From Lingula anatina (taxonomy: Eukaryota > Animalia > Brachiopoda): a stretch of 64,000 nt of DNA. The translations under genes and the position numbers were made by a program. The first letter of the stretch is position 1; every line of letters starts with the position of its first letter. Positions 12,948 to 26,597 of this stretch are shown one piece after another. Where the stretch lies: the NCBI GenBank assembly GCA_051362555.1, contig CM120642.1, positions 29,636,001 to 29,700,000 on the forward strand, given 5' to 3'. The notes below the pieces were generated by a model, which saw only the letters and a list, made by a program, of their open reading frames with translations, made no database searches and was not told the DNA's origin.

Positions 12948-13114
12948 CAGACCCGTAGCCAGCAATTTCAAAAGGGGGTTTCTCTTTCTGAAAAAGTGGA
13001 CCTTTTCCCATATATACTTCATGTACCTAGATCAAATTTTACCCATAGTGGACCTTTTCCCAGCAAAAGGGGCGGTTCTTTCGAACCCCCGAACCCCCCC
13101 TGGCAACGGGCCTG
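12948..13114. mobile_element. hAT-like MITE with a 5-bp TSD
   Basis: Termini CAGACCCGTAGCCAG / CTGGCAACGGGCCTG (CAG...CTG), flanked on both sides by ACCTG. Confidence 0.75.
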
Positions 13115-14252
13115 ACCTGGTTGCTTTAAGCATAATACCAAGGCATATAAACTTCTTTCCAAATTTAATGGAAACAAAACAAAATGTTTTACTTCTTATA
13201 CAGGTTATAGTTTTACTTTACGTAAAGGTTAAACAACACGTGCGTGTATTTTACACGAGTGTTCATATCACAATTAAGAGCTTTTCGTTTGTTATTTCCA
13301 AACGCGAAACAAAGGTGTTTAATAAACAGGTAAGTCAAGTCAATCCGGGTGTTCATTTACTTGCAAAACATGCATTTTTTAACTTAAATCATTGACGGAA
13401 AGGCAGCTTTCAGTTTGTGGCAAAATATTGAAAAATTCTATTTAGCGGGCACTACAAAACATGTATTGTTGTGTTGATTGTAGTTACATAAAAAGTAGTC
13501 AAACAACAAATGCGTGGTGACAGACAAAAAAGATAGGACTGATGATGGATTTTATTGTCTATTCATTTCATAGGTAGCGGACACTACAAAATAAATGTTA
13601 CATGCATAATACATTGTTAGAATCAAATACGACTATTTCACATGCAGTAAAAGAAAATTCATGGTTATGAATAAGAAAACATAATTCTATAAACATAAAT
13701 ATTAAGACGAATTTTTTATTTCAGTGATTTTCTTAAATTCATGCATGAAAAATGGAAATTCAAAACACCGAGAAGCTCCCATTTAAGCTTCCATAATGAG
13801 GTCAATTTTAAAAATATCTTTACACCATTAGTTGTAAAACAAAAATAAAAAGCATGTTATGTAAACACATCTCCATATACATTTTTCACAAAAATTATTC
13901 TTTAATAAAACAAAGAAAATCAATGTGCAAATGCATATCACAAATTTATAGATGTTCACATAAATACTGTATATTCATTTTGATTAATAAAGAAAATTAT
14001 TCGTTTTACTTTATATACTGAAAGTCTCCATGACGGTTCAACAAGATTTCATCCAATCTGCATGGTTTGGTTTCATAAAACAAAGGCAGCACACAAAATG
14101 GCACCCTGATCTTGACTGACATGATGTATACCTATTTATTACAAGTACAAAATACAGAATATGCCCACGACAGCTGATTGTCTTTCCCTAACCCAAATCT
14201 TGCAAGGTAAATATAAAAAATTGTTGAACGCCATATTTTTATATACCATTCT

Positions 14253-14260
<8 letters not shown>

Positions 14261-14328
<68 letters not shown>
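14261..14328. repeat. (AT)n microsatellite
   Basis: Pure AT run. Other microsatellites: (AAT)n at about 11446-11484, 12651-12680 and 45485-45537; (AT)n 15192-15248; (CT)n 16604-16636; (CA)n 42091-42127; (AT)n(AG)n 53955-54018; (CT)n(CA)n 56550-56636. Confidence 0.95.
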
Positions 14329-14331
<3 letters not shown>

Positions 14332-15175
14332 AGTTTTAAGTGCATTATAGTTTGAAAATAATCAGACGAGAATTTGACTTTGAATACAGCTTGTTATTTT
14401 TCATCATTTCAAGGAACTAATTACCATTCAAGGAATTGATTGCCATTGGATCGACTTAAAGGTATAAGCGGTTAGGAAGATCGTAGTCATAGATACAATA
14501 TAATAGGCCTAATATAGTTATGTAAAGTTTTAATGACGTATTGTAATTTATTCAGGCAATATATTTTTGTACTTTATGTTATGAAAATTTCCCCGTTGTA
14601 ATGGGAAAATATTTAAGTTAAAAATATTTTAGCGAACTGGACATACAGTTATATGTTTTAGGCTTAACAAACCAGGGAGTATCGTAAGGCATGAATCGTG
14701 ATATGGAGCTTATACAAAAATAAAGAAATGACTCTCTTACTAACTTATCAGGGATGAGTAATTTTGGTGTCCAAAAAGTAGGCAATCTTCCGATAGTAAA
14801 AAAAATCTCATCAGCGTCATATTCACTCTGGAATTTTTGAACGATACGCAACTTCCTGGACACAAATACAACTGATAATTTAGTACATGGCGTCAGTACT
14901 TTTATACTGAATCATGGCAATAGTCTTTATTTAAGCAAAAATCAGCTGAACAAACTGCAATTAATTTACAACACTACAACCAGGCTGGCATCAAAATTGG
15001 AAATTAACAGTCGACAACATACAGCCCCTCCATTAAAGGATCTTCGGTGGCTTCCTGTAAGAAAGAGAATATAGTTCTATATGTGATTTTTAAGCAGTTA
15101 CAGAAAAGAAACTACTTTATATCTCAAAACTCATTCAGATCGGCAGGGACGGATTGTTAAGACTTCAACTTTCAA

Positions 15176-15250
<75 letters not shown>

Positions 15251-16600
15251 TGAACGGGCCTTATTAGTAAATAATAGCCTAATCTTTCAAATAAGAGCAG
15301 AAGATATTGCAGGTATTACATGTATATTGTATTTTGTTTCTAATGAATGAAGTTAGTAAAATATTCTTGACCATCATGTTCTTTGCAAAATAGCAGTCAA
15401 TTCCTTTTGTGAAGTATTAATGACCACATTTTAGACTTAAGACTCACTGTACAATATTATATCACATCACTATATCGGTTAATATATTCAGTAACATGTT
15501 AAAACGATTCCCTTATATAGTTAAGATAGTTCTTGTGCAGTTTGATATACCCAAAATGACTGACAACAACTTATTATATCAGTGAATTTCGTAAACGGTT
15601 AATATTACATTATATGTTTTACTTGATGGATAAAATATTAACTCATCAGTACAATATTTACAGCGTATCGTCGATGAAATTTAAATACTTTACAAAAAAC
15701 TTTCCCGTAAGCCATTGGGTTGCCATTACGTCAGACCCCAGTAAAGAAAGTGAGAACATAAAAATGAATAAAAAACTTATTCCTAAATCTGACTGAACAG
15801 GGTACGTATCTTTAACAAACAATCCATTTGGGTTTATATTAATCAATACATGTATATGCATTAAAGTAATGATGCGTTAAAATTAATATACAGTATATGG
15901 CTTTTTTTGCAAATACCTACTTTACTTTTGGTTTGTGTGATCCCCTTCGTCTGTAATTTCTGTAATAGTGCACGTCTGTTGTCTCACAGGTCTCTTGGTG
16001 CTACCTAAAGTAAAAAGGGATATATCACCGCTGTCCGTTTTGCAAACAAATTTATAATTATCTGTTGTTGAAAAAATTATTACGGAAGATGTTACAGTAC
16101 AACTGTTGTAAATGCCGCAGGGTGAGGCATTATCCTTTCGTTATGCTATTTGTGAGAAGTATTTCTCTGAGGTTCAAAATTATACTTTTCTCATCCAGTG
16201 TTCCAAATTTAAAGATTCCAGATTTTATTGCATTTATTTATTAGTATTTACGGCCGTACTCTTTTGTTATCGAATGATACATACGTCTGATTAGATAATT
16301 TGCCTCAAAGTTCAACAAGCTGATGTTTCAAAATTTTAAAATATGACATGCATTGATATTGAAATCGTTAAATTTCAATTCAGGATTTTCTCCATCTAGT
16401 CTGAAGATTCACCAGCATATGCTGTTTGGTCTTTTTTGTAAAAAGAAAAAGGGCTATAGAATAAAGAATATAATAAATTTCTATCTGTCTACAAGCAAAA
16501 GTTGAAAAAAGGCCTATCTCCACTCATCAACATATTACACGTAAACATGTAGGACAGATTCATCTACCCAGCATCATTTTTTCTTGGTTTTGCGCTCCTC

Positions 16601-16639
<39 letters not shown>

Positions 16640-18324
16640 TTTTTTTTTACTTTCTCTCTGTAACATTTACGGCCTTTTGCGAACACTGCAAGCACTTAAT
16701 CATGATTAAATGGTACTATCTGATCACAGGGTGCGCAGAATGTGATTTTGTACGTATTTCAATGGGGTCCAGATATCAGAGGACAGTTAAATAGTGGCCT
16801 TAAATTTGAAATTGATGACTGCAATCACTTCTCTTAATCGTGGTTAAATAGTCCCCCCCCCTCTCTCTCTGTCTCTCTTGTAATATCACAAAGGAAGGAA
16901 AATAAATAAAGCACTCAACTTAAAAAATTGACTGGGGTCAGTATCACCGATCTTTAGCAGGGGAATGAGATTAACTGAAGCAGATTGATTACGTTGTTAC
17001 TTTTTAATTCAATCAATTTGAATATTTTACTCACATTGATGAAATGCATTTTACAAATACACTAAACAGGACAAAGGCGACAGTCTAGCCCAAAAATACC
17101 TTTTTAGTTTTGCTGTTACTTTTACTTGATGAAAATGTAAGTGTTGGATTTTCTGCCAAGTTTCTTTCCTCTTTCTTAATTTATTCATTTTCTAGAAATA
17201 CTATATGCCTAAAATTTAGAACAGTTTTTTTTTTACATAAAAAGAGGCACGGAGATTTGTTGACCATGCTCAAACACATAATATTTTCTTCAATTGTTGA
17301 CCACACAACACAGCAGATTAAATGAAATAACAACTGACACTGGTTCAACGTGCAGCTAGCTCGTGATACATGTACTAAAAACTAGTTAACATATAGACAG
17401 TTCGCCACGGCCGGCAGACAGGTCGCCTACAGGCTACACGTGCCTTCTTTGTTGTGCTATAGAACACGCTCTAGCTTAATCAGGTCTGAAAATGTCCTTA
17501 TATACTGTATAGTGATAACGTTATCAGACCTCGACACCTCCACCCTTCACAAATACAAACTGTATGTCTGTAACCAAGAAGGAATGCCACTGTGGACAAG
17601 GCCACAATGTAAGCATTACAGACTTGTGGATGTAAGATGACACACTTACAGAAGTTATTGCAAAAAAAGCACACATAGAGAAGCAAATGCAAAAAATACA
17701 AATCCAACATCGTTGAACCTTTACAGGTACGTTGAATAAAAACACAAATTATGATTAGATTTTGGACTATTGACCTGACAAACGCATGATGAGATCCAAC
17801 AGAATAAATAGATTTTATCATAACTGTGCCGAAGTGGGGCGTTTTGTTACAAAGACAATTTGAATATCATGAGTGCAGCTAGTGACCTTGAAGGATATTC
17901 AGTAAGGTTTAAAGAAGGTGAATTGTTATAAGGTATGGGGGCGAGGGTTACTTAAAAAGTCAGTGTTAACCCTAATGTATCAATTTCCATTAGACATCAA
18001 AGACGGCACATGCAGTTCAGTTTGGTAAAAAAATAAAGCCTGTAATATTTCCCCCGGTGTTGATGTGAGCATTTACAAATACACATTCCCTGGTAGAAGA
18101 GCAGTGTGTTACGATTTGATAACACGCACTGAAAATCACCCTAATTTGTCAGAACACCAATCTAGAAATTAATAAAATCAGTGAATAAATTGATGCTATT
18201 GTATTTGGCTGTTCCCACAGCTTTGACGACCGTTATAACTATATAGAGGGCGGACCCTCAGTTTCGTTACACCGGCCCAGATATATATCACAGAAATAAA
18301 ACTCTTTGGTTAACTTAATTTCAT

Positions 18325-19170
18325 ATTATAGCCCCATAGGGGATATAGAAATATGATAAGCACTGAGAGACAGACTAAAGCTTATTTTATGATACAGAAT
18401 ATTGAATAGATATAGAATAATAGTGAAACCTATATGTGCCATTATTTCAAAGGAAAATGGTGACCATCTTGGATTTCCTTAAAATTACATGCTTGTTTCC
18501 CGCCAGATAAATGTTATATGGTGTAAAGGATGATATTAATACTGAGAAACAAAATAACTTTTTTAGAGTTCAAAATGAATAATTTGCATCACCCTGCAGT
18601 TCTTGAAACCTACCGTGTATATGCAGTATCCCATGGCCATTTTAAATTTTATTCAAATACATAAGAATATACGCTTGCTATTCTCCACATATTCATAAAT
18701 ATATTATGGGTAAAATGGGTGTGAAAAACACTCAATATCAAACTCCATTTGTTAATGGGCAATAAATCCCTGGCAGTAGTTGATTCAAATGTAATCATAT
18801 GGTAAATGGTGACCATGTTGGAATTTTTCAAAAAGTCCAAGGAAACGCGCTGAACATTAACTAGATATATATATTACAGGGATAGTAACGATGTGGAAAA
18901 CAATGTGAATCAAATTAAATGTGATAAATAATGTTAATTCCCCCCGGGTATATATATTCTTGTAGTTGAAGTCCATAAATTTCTATGGGAAATGGAGCCA
19001 TCTTGGATTTTTTCAAATTGCCAAAGGAAACACAGTTTTTGACACCATATACATATTATAAGGGTACTTTATATATAGAAAACGGTAGGAAGCACTTTAA
19101 CCTCGTTAATGGACACTTTATCTTACTATTGTTGCAGTTGATACCCATATACACTCGTTTTTCATTTTAG
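18325..19170 (+). mobile_element. Possible older Helentron-like element
   Basis: Begins TTATAGCCCCATAGGGGATATAG (hairpin-like start) and carries diverged internal repeats with (G/A)CCAT(C/G)TTGGA(A)TTT at about 18465, 18812 and 18998. Confidence 0.4.
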
Positions 19171-19429
19171 GAACTTCATACAAAAGCACTGTGATAAAAT
19201 AAGAACTGCTGCAATCAGTTTTCAATCAAACTATAGATTGCCCGGACTATACGCAATGTTGCAAGCAACCGCCTTCGTCAGACGACTCAACATCGACACA
19301 AATTACTGTCATCCAAGGAAATTTTTCAAGTGGAAACTGACCAAACAGAGGGCTAGAAATCCTTTTGAGCCAATAATGCCCGGTCATGCGTCTAATAGTG
19401 CAAAACACGGTAACTGGGCAATCAGAGGC

Positions 19430-20435
19430 CTACGTACAATTCGACAAGAGGTTACTAGTTTTCATGGTCCCCTCAGCACTGGACAATATGGGTCCTATTT
19501 GTTAAATATAAAAGCATGAAGCAGTGTTTCAATATACGACCAATTACGATCATTCGACTGTGCAAATATGCATAGTCAATACATGTACAAACAAGCATAA
19601 ATGTGATGGTCAGTCAATCAGATTTTACTCTTTCCAAAGAAAAAATACATGGGTCTTACCAGACTGTAACACGTTTAGAACTTTTGGCCCCTGGAATTCG
19701 GACACAAAGGTTGCTCTACCAAGAATGCTTTCACATGACATAGCCTCTTCTTTATTCGAATGCACGTGCCCCATTGTACATGTCGTCTTATTGTCTAAAT
19801 CACACTGTATGGCTTCAGGCTCACTTTTATGCTGATGCCCGTTCATGCAAGGATATTTTCGACCTAAAACTATAAAGATTTTCATTACAAAGTGCATTGG
19901 AAAAGTTATACTTCTTGTTATCTTTCTGATTACCATTGCATATGCAACAAAAATATTTCATAGGAGGAAGCATGTTAATGATAACATGGATCCAAAAAAC
20001 ACCCTGATAATCTTTACCATTTATGAAAAATAATTAAAAATTATCATGATACTTCTCTTTATAGTTGAGTACCCCAAAGAACAATGGGGAAAAGGGAAAA
20101 AACGAAAAAAATTAAAACACTCCAAGTAAAAGTAATTTGTGAACATATTTATGAAAGAAGGCCATACAATAAATAATGTTAATGTAAAACCCCTGAAGGT
20201 TTTCATAATAAAGTAGACAAAAATACATGGCCCTTAAACAATGTCCTGATTTAACCGTAATAGAGGTTGGAATGTCAAAGGCCACAGCCACTGCATGTGC
20301 TGGAAAATTATATATTTCATAGTATTTGTGAAATATCATAATTTTCTAATTATTATTATTATTATTATTATTATGCTCGAAATGGTCGTGTTTTGCACGT
20401 CATTGCTATATACCATACCAAATCTGTCGACTCAT
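19430..20435 (-). CDS. Small Cys/His-repeat protein, paralog C (about 96 aa; first coding exon tentative)
   Basis: Core exon 19863-19660 (204 nt, phase 1-1): GRKYPCMNGHQHKSEPEAIQCDLDNKTTCTMGHVHSNKEEAMSCESILGRATFVSEFQGPKVLNVLQS. Last exon 19494-19430: GPILSSAEGTMKTSNLLSNCT*. The only phase-compatible start exon I found is 20435-20414 (MSRQIWY G|gtatat), which is less certain. Confidence 0.72.
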
Positions 20436-22147
20436 TGCAGTAACGCTGTTGACTCAATATTCAATTTGCCAAAGTTTGGGTCGCATACAACTTGCTCCTG
20501 GCCGTAGAGCAAGACAAAAGAAATAGAATACCACAACTGATATCAACGACATTTAGTAATTCAACGCACTAATAGACTTCAGTAACTTACTTAAACCTAA
20601 ATATTGCAATATGCGAAAACGTGGATTTCGGGAGTAATGTATCAATCCCAAACTTGATACTCGGGCACCAAAACCTTTAGGGACCTACAAAATATCTAGC
20701 AGTGTTTCAATCTTTCAAAACTTAAAGCTATTATTTCAAAATTTTCAAAGCTGTATAGTACCATGATATTTTGCTTGTTATCTTCTTTTCTAGCTTTATA
20801 ACCATTTTCTTATTTTTGTATTGCCATTCATAATTGTTACTTTTAAATTGATTTATCATGTGTGTTGACAATATTCACTAGCGTACTTGAGTGAACAGTG
20901 GGATTCCTGGGCAGTGAATCATAAACGCCGTCTTCTTCGGTCAAAAGAAGGTGTAATAAGATCTTTCAACATCTTTTGGAAGTGAATTACAAGGAAGGAT
21001 GGGAAATTGTATCTAGACTTTACTACCAAAAGGTAAATATTTGATAAGACAATTTATTTAGCGTCATGTTATGAAGCTTGGAAGAATATCGGGTGTGCAA
21101 AGTGGGTGTCAAATAAATGCCCAAGGACTGGAACCCCGACAATGTCTTTCCACTCACCAATAAGAGCGCTATCAAATTATTAAGGAGTATTACAGATATA
21201 TATGCATTTTGTGAATACATGGAGCAGTATCACCATGGGAAGTACATTAAAAGTGAAGGACTGTTGGTATGTGATGGTGAAAAATCAAACCATGAAGAAG
21301 AATGTGTATAATTTACGTACTTAGACTACTTATTGGAGTTACATCATTAGCGTTTCTTATTTATACAACAATATGTAGTGAGTTGCATCATTTATGATTA
21401 TGAAAAAGTTAAAACATGCCAAAAATGGATTTAGTCAATTGCTTGACTGCGCATAACCAATATTATTTTAATATTATTTTTCATTTTAATGTGTACGAAA
21501 CGTGCATACTTCTCTCTCTGTTTCCAAAAGTAATAAAAAGTATTGAAACAATATAGTCTCGTTTACTTCATTTACCATTGGCAAAGTGATCCACAAGCCG
21601 ATCTTCAAATCTCAGCTATTTCAGATAAGCATAGATTTTCATTTCAACTATTAGTATAGCAATACTGAAATTACTGTCACTATTCCCTATAAAATTGTAG
21701 CTCATTGTAACTTGTTTACCTGTAAATAGATATCTTAGTATTAGAGAAATGTACGTTTTCAAAATGTTAAATGTGTGATAACATTACAGTGCCTTATAAA
21801 ACATTAGATCCAACGCACAATGTCATAGAATATATCTACCAGTACAGGAATGAATTAAAACTACATTATTACGGTATTAAAGGTATTTTTATAAAAAAAA
21901 TTAAAAAACAGCAGCCTCAATTTCGTGCTAGGACAATCGCAGAGCCCCTATCACTTTCACGGCTTATGTAGCGGGGCCATTATTATTTATAAAGATATCA
22001 GTTTCTTCTCTGTCCTTTTATGTTTACCAATTGCATGCATCTCTAAAGACATTTTCCCACAAAATATTTCTCATGCTGTCAGGCCATGGTTTGTGATAAG
22101 TGGTTGTGTTTTACGTCGCATATGTAGGCTGACCAAAAATGTGTAAT

Positions 22148-22497
22148 TATGCAGTTGCACCCCGCATACGCTGAGACATTTGCCTCAAGAGACCAAAAAA
22201 ATCAAACACGTGAGAAATTTTGCTCAGCCGCGCGAGAGGCAAAAATCTCACCAAAATACCCCCGCACACGATGAGAAAACGGCGCAGCGCAAGTGGCGCA
22301 AGCCAAATGCTCACCGTGTGCGGGCCCCTTTATGGATAAAAATTATATATCAAATATTCAATAAGACTCATCATCCTAAAAATTATGTTGCGACGAGTCA
22401 GCAAAAGTTATTATTTACCAACAATTTTGAAAAAATTTTATTTGTGGGTTATTTGTCGCCATAAAATGTCGTTTGACCACGCCAAACTTTCCTTTAA
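22148..22497. mobile_element. Adjacent DNA-transposon end fragments
   Basis: Short inverted motifs CCCGCA(T/C)ACG / CGTGTGCGGG ending in GCCCCTTTA, followed by a fragment ending AAACTTTCCTTTAA (TTAA-type end). Both are partial. Confidence 0.4.
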
Positions 22498-23316
22498 GTT
22501 GAAATCTGATTTAATTTTAGTTCATGATTATTTTTTATTGATCTATTCACCTTTAATTCATTAACACAATATTTTATTATTTCCCCTCAGAGTGCAATGT
22601 GTAACATACGTTTATACATTAAACATGCTATACCCTCTTTTAATAAACTTATTATTATTATTATTTGAAATATTTACACAAGTAATAATTTTACATTTGG
22701 ATCTATGCCCCATTTACAAGTTAATATGTAGAACTGTTTGTCACAAAAGTACAATAGTTACGATATGAAGGCACATGCCATCCTTTTAACATTATATCTT
22801 CAGACACAGGGTGTTCAAATGATTATCTTGTTTGTTTCTCACTTTTATTTTATTTCATTTATTTATTTTTTGGGGGGAGGGGAGTCTGTTTAGGTCACGA
22901 AGTCATGACTTTGGGGTTAATTTCATAAAATAATCGAAAATAAATCGAAAAGTGGTCATAAAGAAATTATGTAAATGAGATTTCTTACTGAAAACATAGG
23001 GTCATCAATATTGACTACCTTAGGGTCATCAAATGAATATGCCTAAAACGAAGAGTCAGGTGATAAAAATCTGTATTTAATGACCTTGCAGGGTCATCAC
23101 ATGCAACCTGATGATCACTCTTGGATTACTCCGGTTGTCAAATTAGGTTCATACATTCATGTGATTTTGGAGGAGGTGAGGAGTGCTTGCAACCTTCATT
23201 TACCTCTGACCTGCATGCAATTAGTGTGTTTAGAGTGCTGAACTAATAAGTATTGTGAAATGTTGCTCAATAATTGTAGTGGCACAGACAAGCTGAAACA
23301 AGATTTAGTATGAATA

Positions 23317-23750
23317 ATTACCTTCGCAAAGGAGGTTATGTTTTTGGTTCCGTTAGTTTGTCAGTCTGTATATCTTTCTGTCTGTCTGTTAGCAACATTA
23401 CAGTTAAAGTTATGGACCGATTTTGATGAAATTTTCAGGAACTGTCAGGAATGGGCCAAGGAACAGATGTTTAGTTTTTGGTGGTGATCTGGATCAATAA
23501 TCAATTCAATCTATAATCAATAATCAAAAATAAAAAATAAGTTATGGACCGATTTTGATGAAATTTTCTGGAACTGTCAGAAGCGGGCCAAAGAACAGAT
23601 GATTAGTTTTTGGTGGTGATCCAGATCATTTATCAATCAATAATCAATAATAAAAAAATCATTATATAATGAAAATTAAGGGGTGAAACGGCATTGGGTG
23701 GAGACTTGCTGTCTTGGCGGAGGTCTGCGCTCTCGGAGTGCTTTTCTAGT
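23317..23750 (+). mobile_element. Non-autonomous Helentron/DINE-1-like element
   Basis: Starts TTACCTTCGCAAAGGAGGTTATGTTTT, then a (CTGT)n-like microsatellite, then two about 140-bp internal repeats (GGACCGATTTTGATGAAATTTTC...). Ends GGCGGAGGTCTGCGCTCTCGGAGTGCTTTTCTAGTT (subterminal inverted repeat, hairpin, CTAGT). Confidence 0.78.
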
Positions 23751-24234
23751 TTAGTGTCTGAAACCAATTGCTTTAGTAAAAACTGGCGTAATTTTCCAAA
23801 CTTAACCACAACAATCACTGTAGGAGAATGGAGTCTTGCCGTGTGATGCCTCGCCGAACAACAGAGCATTGGCCCAACATTGGCTTAACGGTGGAAAGCC
23901 AACCAACAGCGTTGTGCCAACGTTGGCATCACGTTGTAGAGACGTTGACCCAATGCCAACCATGGGCAGTGGACCAACGTCATAATGCCGACGTTCTGCC
24001 AACGTAAATTAGTGTCTTCTGAGAGAACTCAGCTAAGCAGGAGGTGAGAAAACATGAACGCACAGAGGATGATATCGTTTTGACCCAGGGGGCGTACGAG
24101 GATGGGTATAAACGCCTTAAAAACTATTGATGTGCCCATCATCAGTTATTGACACATGAACATCCATAGAAATGGTGTGCACAGCTCTATTAAATTAGGT
24201 CAAGGCAGAGGCAAATTAATCCCACAACGTCATA

Positions 24235-24449
24235 CACCCCATTTCCATAGATTAGATCGACCTACTTTAGATCGACCTAACTCCCTGGGGGTTCACGCTA
24301 AATAGCTGTCAGCCGGGCGGACACGAAAGTTAATTATCCCCTTACAGCTTGTAGTAGGCGGGACGGACATTTAAGTCGGATTATCTGAAAGTAATCTAGT
24401 GAGACTCCCCGCGGGGATAGATCGATCTAAAATCTATGGGAATAGAGCC
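24235..24449. mobile_element. PIF/Harbinger (Tourist-like) MITE, copy 2
   Basis: Same sequence as 5541-5748, flanked by ATA...ATA. Confidence 0.85.
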
Positions 24450-26440
24450 ATACACAGCAATTTGGATCTGAAAAACACGTTAATTTTTTTAAAAAAATTT
24501 ATAATAATGTTTAACGTTTCTTTTTTTTTCTTTCTGGGAATGCCCAAACCGACAATTCCGCTATAAGAGCGCACTTGAAAGCACTGACCAATTCAGTAGC
24601 ATCAGTGACTGCGATCTATATTTGGACGAGCAGCCACTTGAACACCCGCGGTCGTCATACACACAGTACTGATATGCTACGTGGTGACTTTAGCGACATA
24701 GGATGTTTAATACCCTACAGGGTAATCAGATCGAAATGACGGCCCTTTGCTTTTAGTGCTTTAAGGATGAAAATAATACATACATCAAAACATTAAACAT
24801 GTACGGGTGCATGAAAATACATGTAGGCCTCTATGTTTTGACGCTAATTTATGCTAAGGAAAATAGAACAATAAATAACTCGTTTCTCAAACGATAAGAA
24901 ATCGAAAACATATACCCTCAAAAATATTACACTTTCTTCAAAATCAACATGAAAGAGACTTAGTGTAATTAAACAACATTGGCCTAGGAAGATAAATGCA
25001 CGCATACTGGTTTTTAAGATGCGCTTTTGATTGTAATAGCTGAGAGTCTTGGTGGAGTAAACATTAATGATTGAAAAAAGCTAGGGTGGAGGGTCACGTA
25101 GTGGGCCACCGACTGATACAAATTCTGCGCATGCGTTGATTCTTGGAAGAATTTGCACGAAGTATCATATCGGTTTGTGCCAAAACCTTATCTATGTATT
25201 AATGCCCCTATTGCATGTCAGTACGGCATATGCGCATGTAGAACTTTGTCACAGAAACACAAAATTTATAATGCACCGTAAAAACAGAGTTTAGCTCCTA
25301 GATACATTTCTAAGCGGCTGCCCAGCAGGCATAGTCGCGTTGGATCAATGTTGAAAACAGGTTGATACGTTGAATTGCCGTCGATCTACCTAAATTCAAC
25401 GTAAAATCAACGTTGATCCAGCCGCGTCAAAACACCGTCATCATGTGACGTTGATTCAAAGTTGTATTTTGGTCATTGACACAACCTTAGAGACATGGAT
25501 TGTAATTTAAATTATAAATTATTGAAAACGTGATACTTTGTTTGTCAATACTGTAACTAACTTTATCAAAATAATAAAAAAAAAAAGTGTTTTAAAGTAA
25601 AAGTGACAGTTGTTTTGTGTCTTTAGGGAACTAGTGAATTTTCTTAAATTGTTATTCAGAAATACATTCCAATAAACTGAATTCCTTGCAAGGTCAGCTA
25701 ACACTAGGATGAATATGTTGCTGTAAATGTGATGGAGTGAAGTTAATAAAGTTGACAGTTCTCGGTACCCTGTTATAGATAGACAGGTTGAGGTGACTGT
25801 GACTTTGTTATACAACAATGGTCAAAAAGGTTGTCCCACTCCCATTTCCATGTACTTTTATTTACAAATGATCACCTTACAGGTGTTTCAACGTTAAAGC
25901 AACGTAATTTGCCCGCTGGGTGGTTTGTCTTATTTTTTCAACACGTTTCGCTCCTAAGTATGTTACACGCTTTAAACCTGAATATGTTTGGCAATATGAC
26001 GCGTTTCGTATGAAATTTTATCGAATCAGGCCAATACATATCATTAAAACAATATCATAAATAAAAGGGGAGGAGTTCACTTCTTAATTTTGGCCCTGAT
26101 ACAATCTGCCTTCCTGGAGAGGCTATAGCCCAGCATCCCGTATAAAGCACTGAAAGTTAGCAAATGGAAATATCTATTATTTCTTTGCCAGACCAGGAAC
26201 TTTATAACTACTTCAACCCCTCATGCATGCTAAGTGCCAAGGACGGCAGGTATCGTTTATGCTAATAAGAATGATAATCTCTATGAGCTCTAGCAAAATG
26301 TTCACAAAAGTTTATGACTAGCTGATACCCGTCACACCAATCACTACACCATGATAAGAGATTAGTATACATGATTTATAGCCCTGACAAACATTTTGTC
26401 AGGGCTATTTAACAATAAAAATAAAAAACCAACCTCCCTA

Positions 26441-26544
26441 CCCAGCGGGCAAATTATGTTGTTTTAACGTTGACACAACGTTAAACCATAACGTTGATAA
26501 TATGTTGGATAAACGTTGAAGTTGAAAGTTATATATATGCTGGG
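26441..26544. mobile_element. 104-bp CMC/EnSpm-type mini element
   Basis: CCCAGC...GCTGGG termini, 2-bp TA duplication, internal AACGTT repeats. Related partial ends at about 25321-25490 and CCAACGTTGG-type repeats at about 23865-24005. Confidence 0.65.
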
Positions 26545-26597
26545 TACCCTGCCTTCAGGTGCAAAAATAATTATCAACGATTTTATATATATAAGCC

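Noticed and set aside
12934-13395. Longest ORF in the track (153 aa, plus strand)
   Set aside because: It runs through a MITE and AT-rich flank, with no recognisable domain or splice support.
20900-21311. Protein-like plus-strand stretch (PKDWNPDNVFPLTNK...)
   Set aside because: Stops and frameshifts upstream and no family I can recognise. It could be a decayed gene, but I cannot support that.
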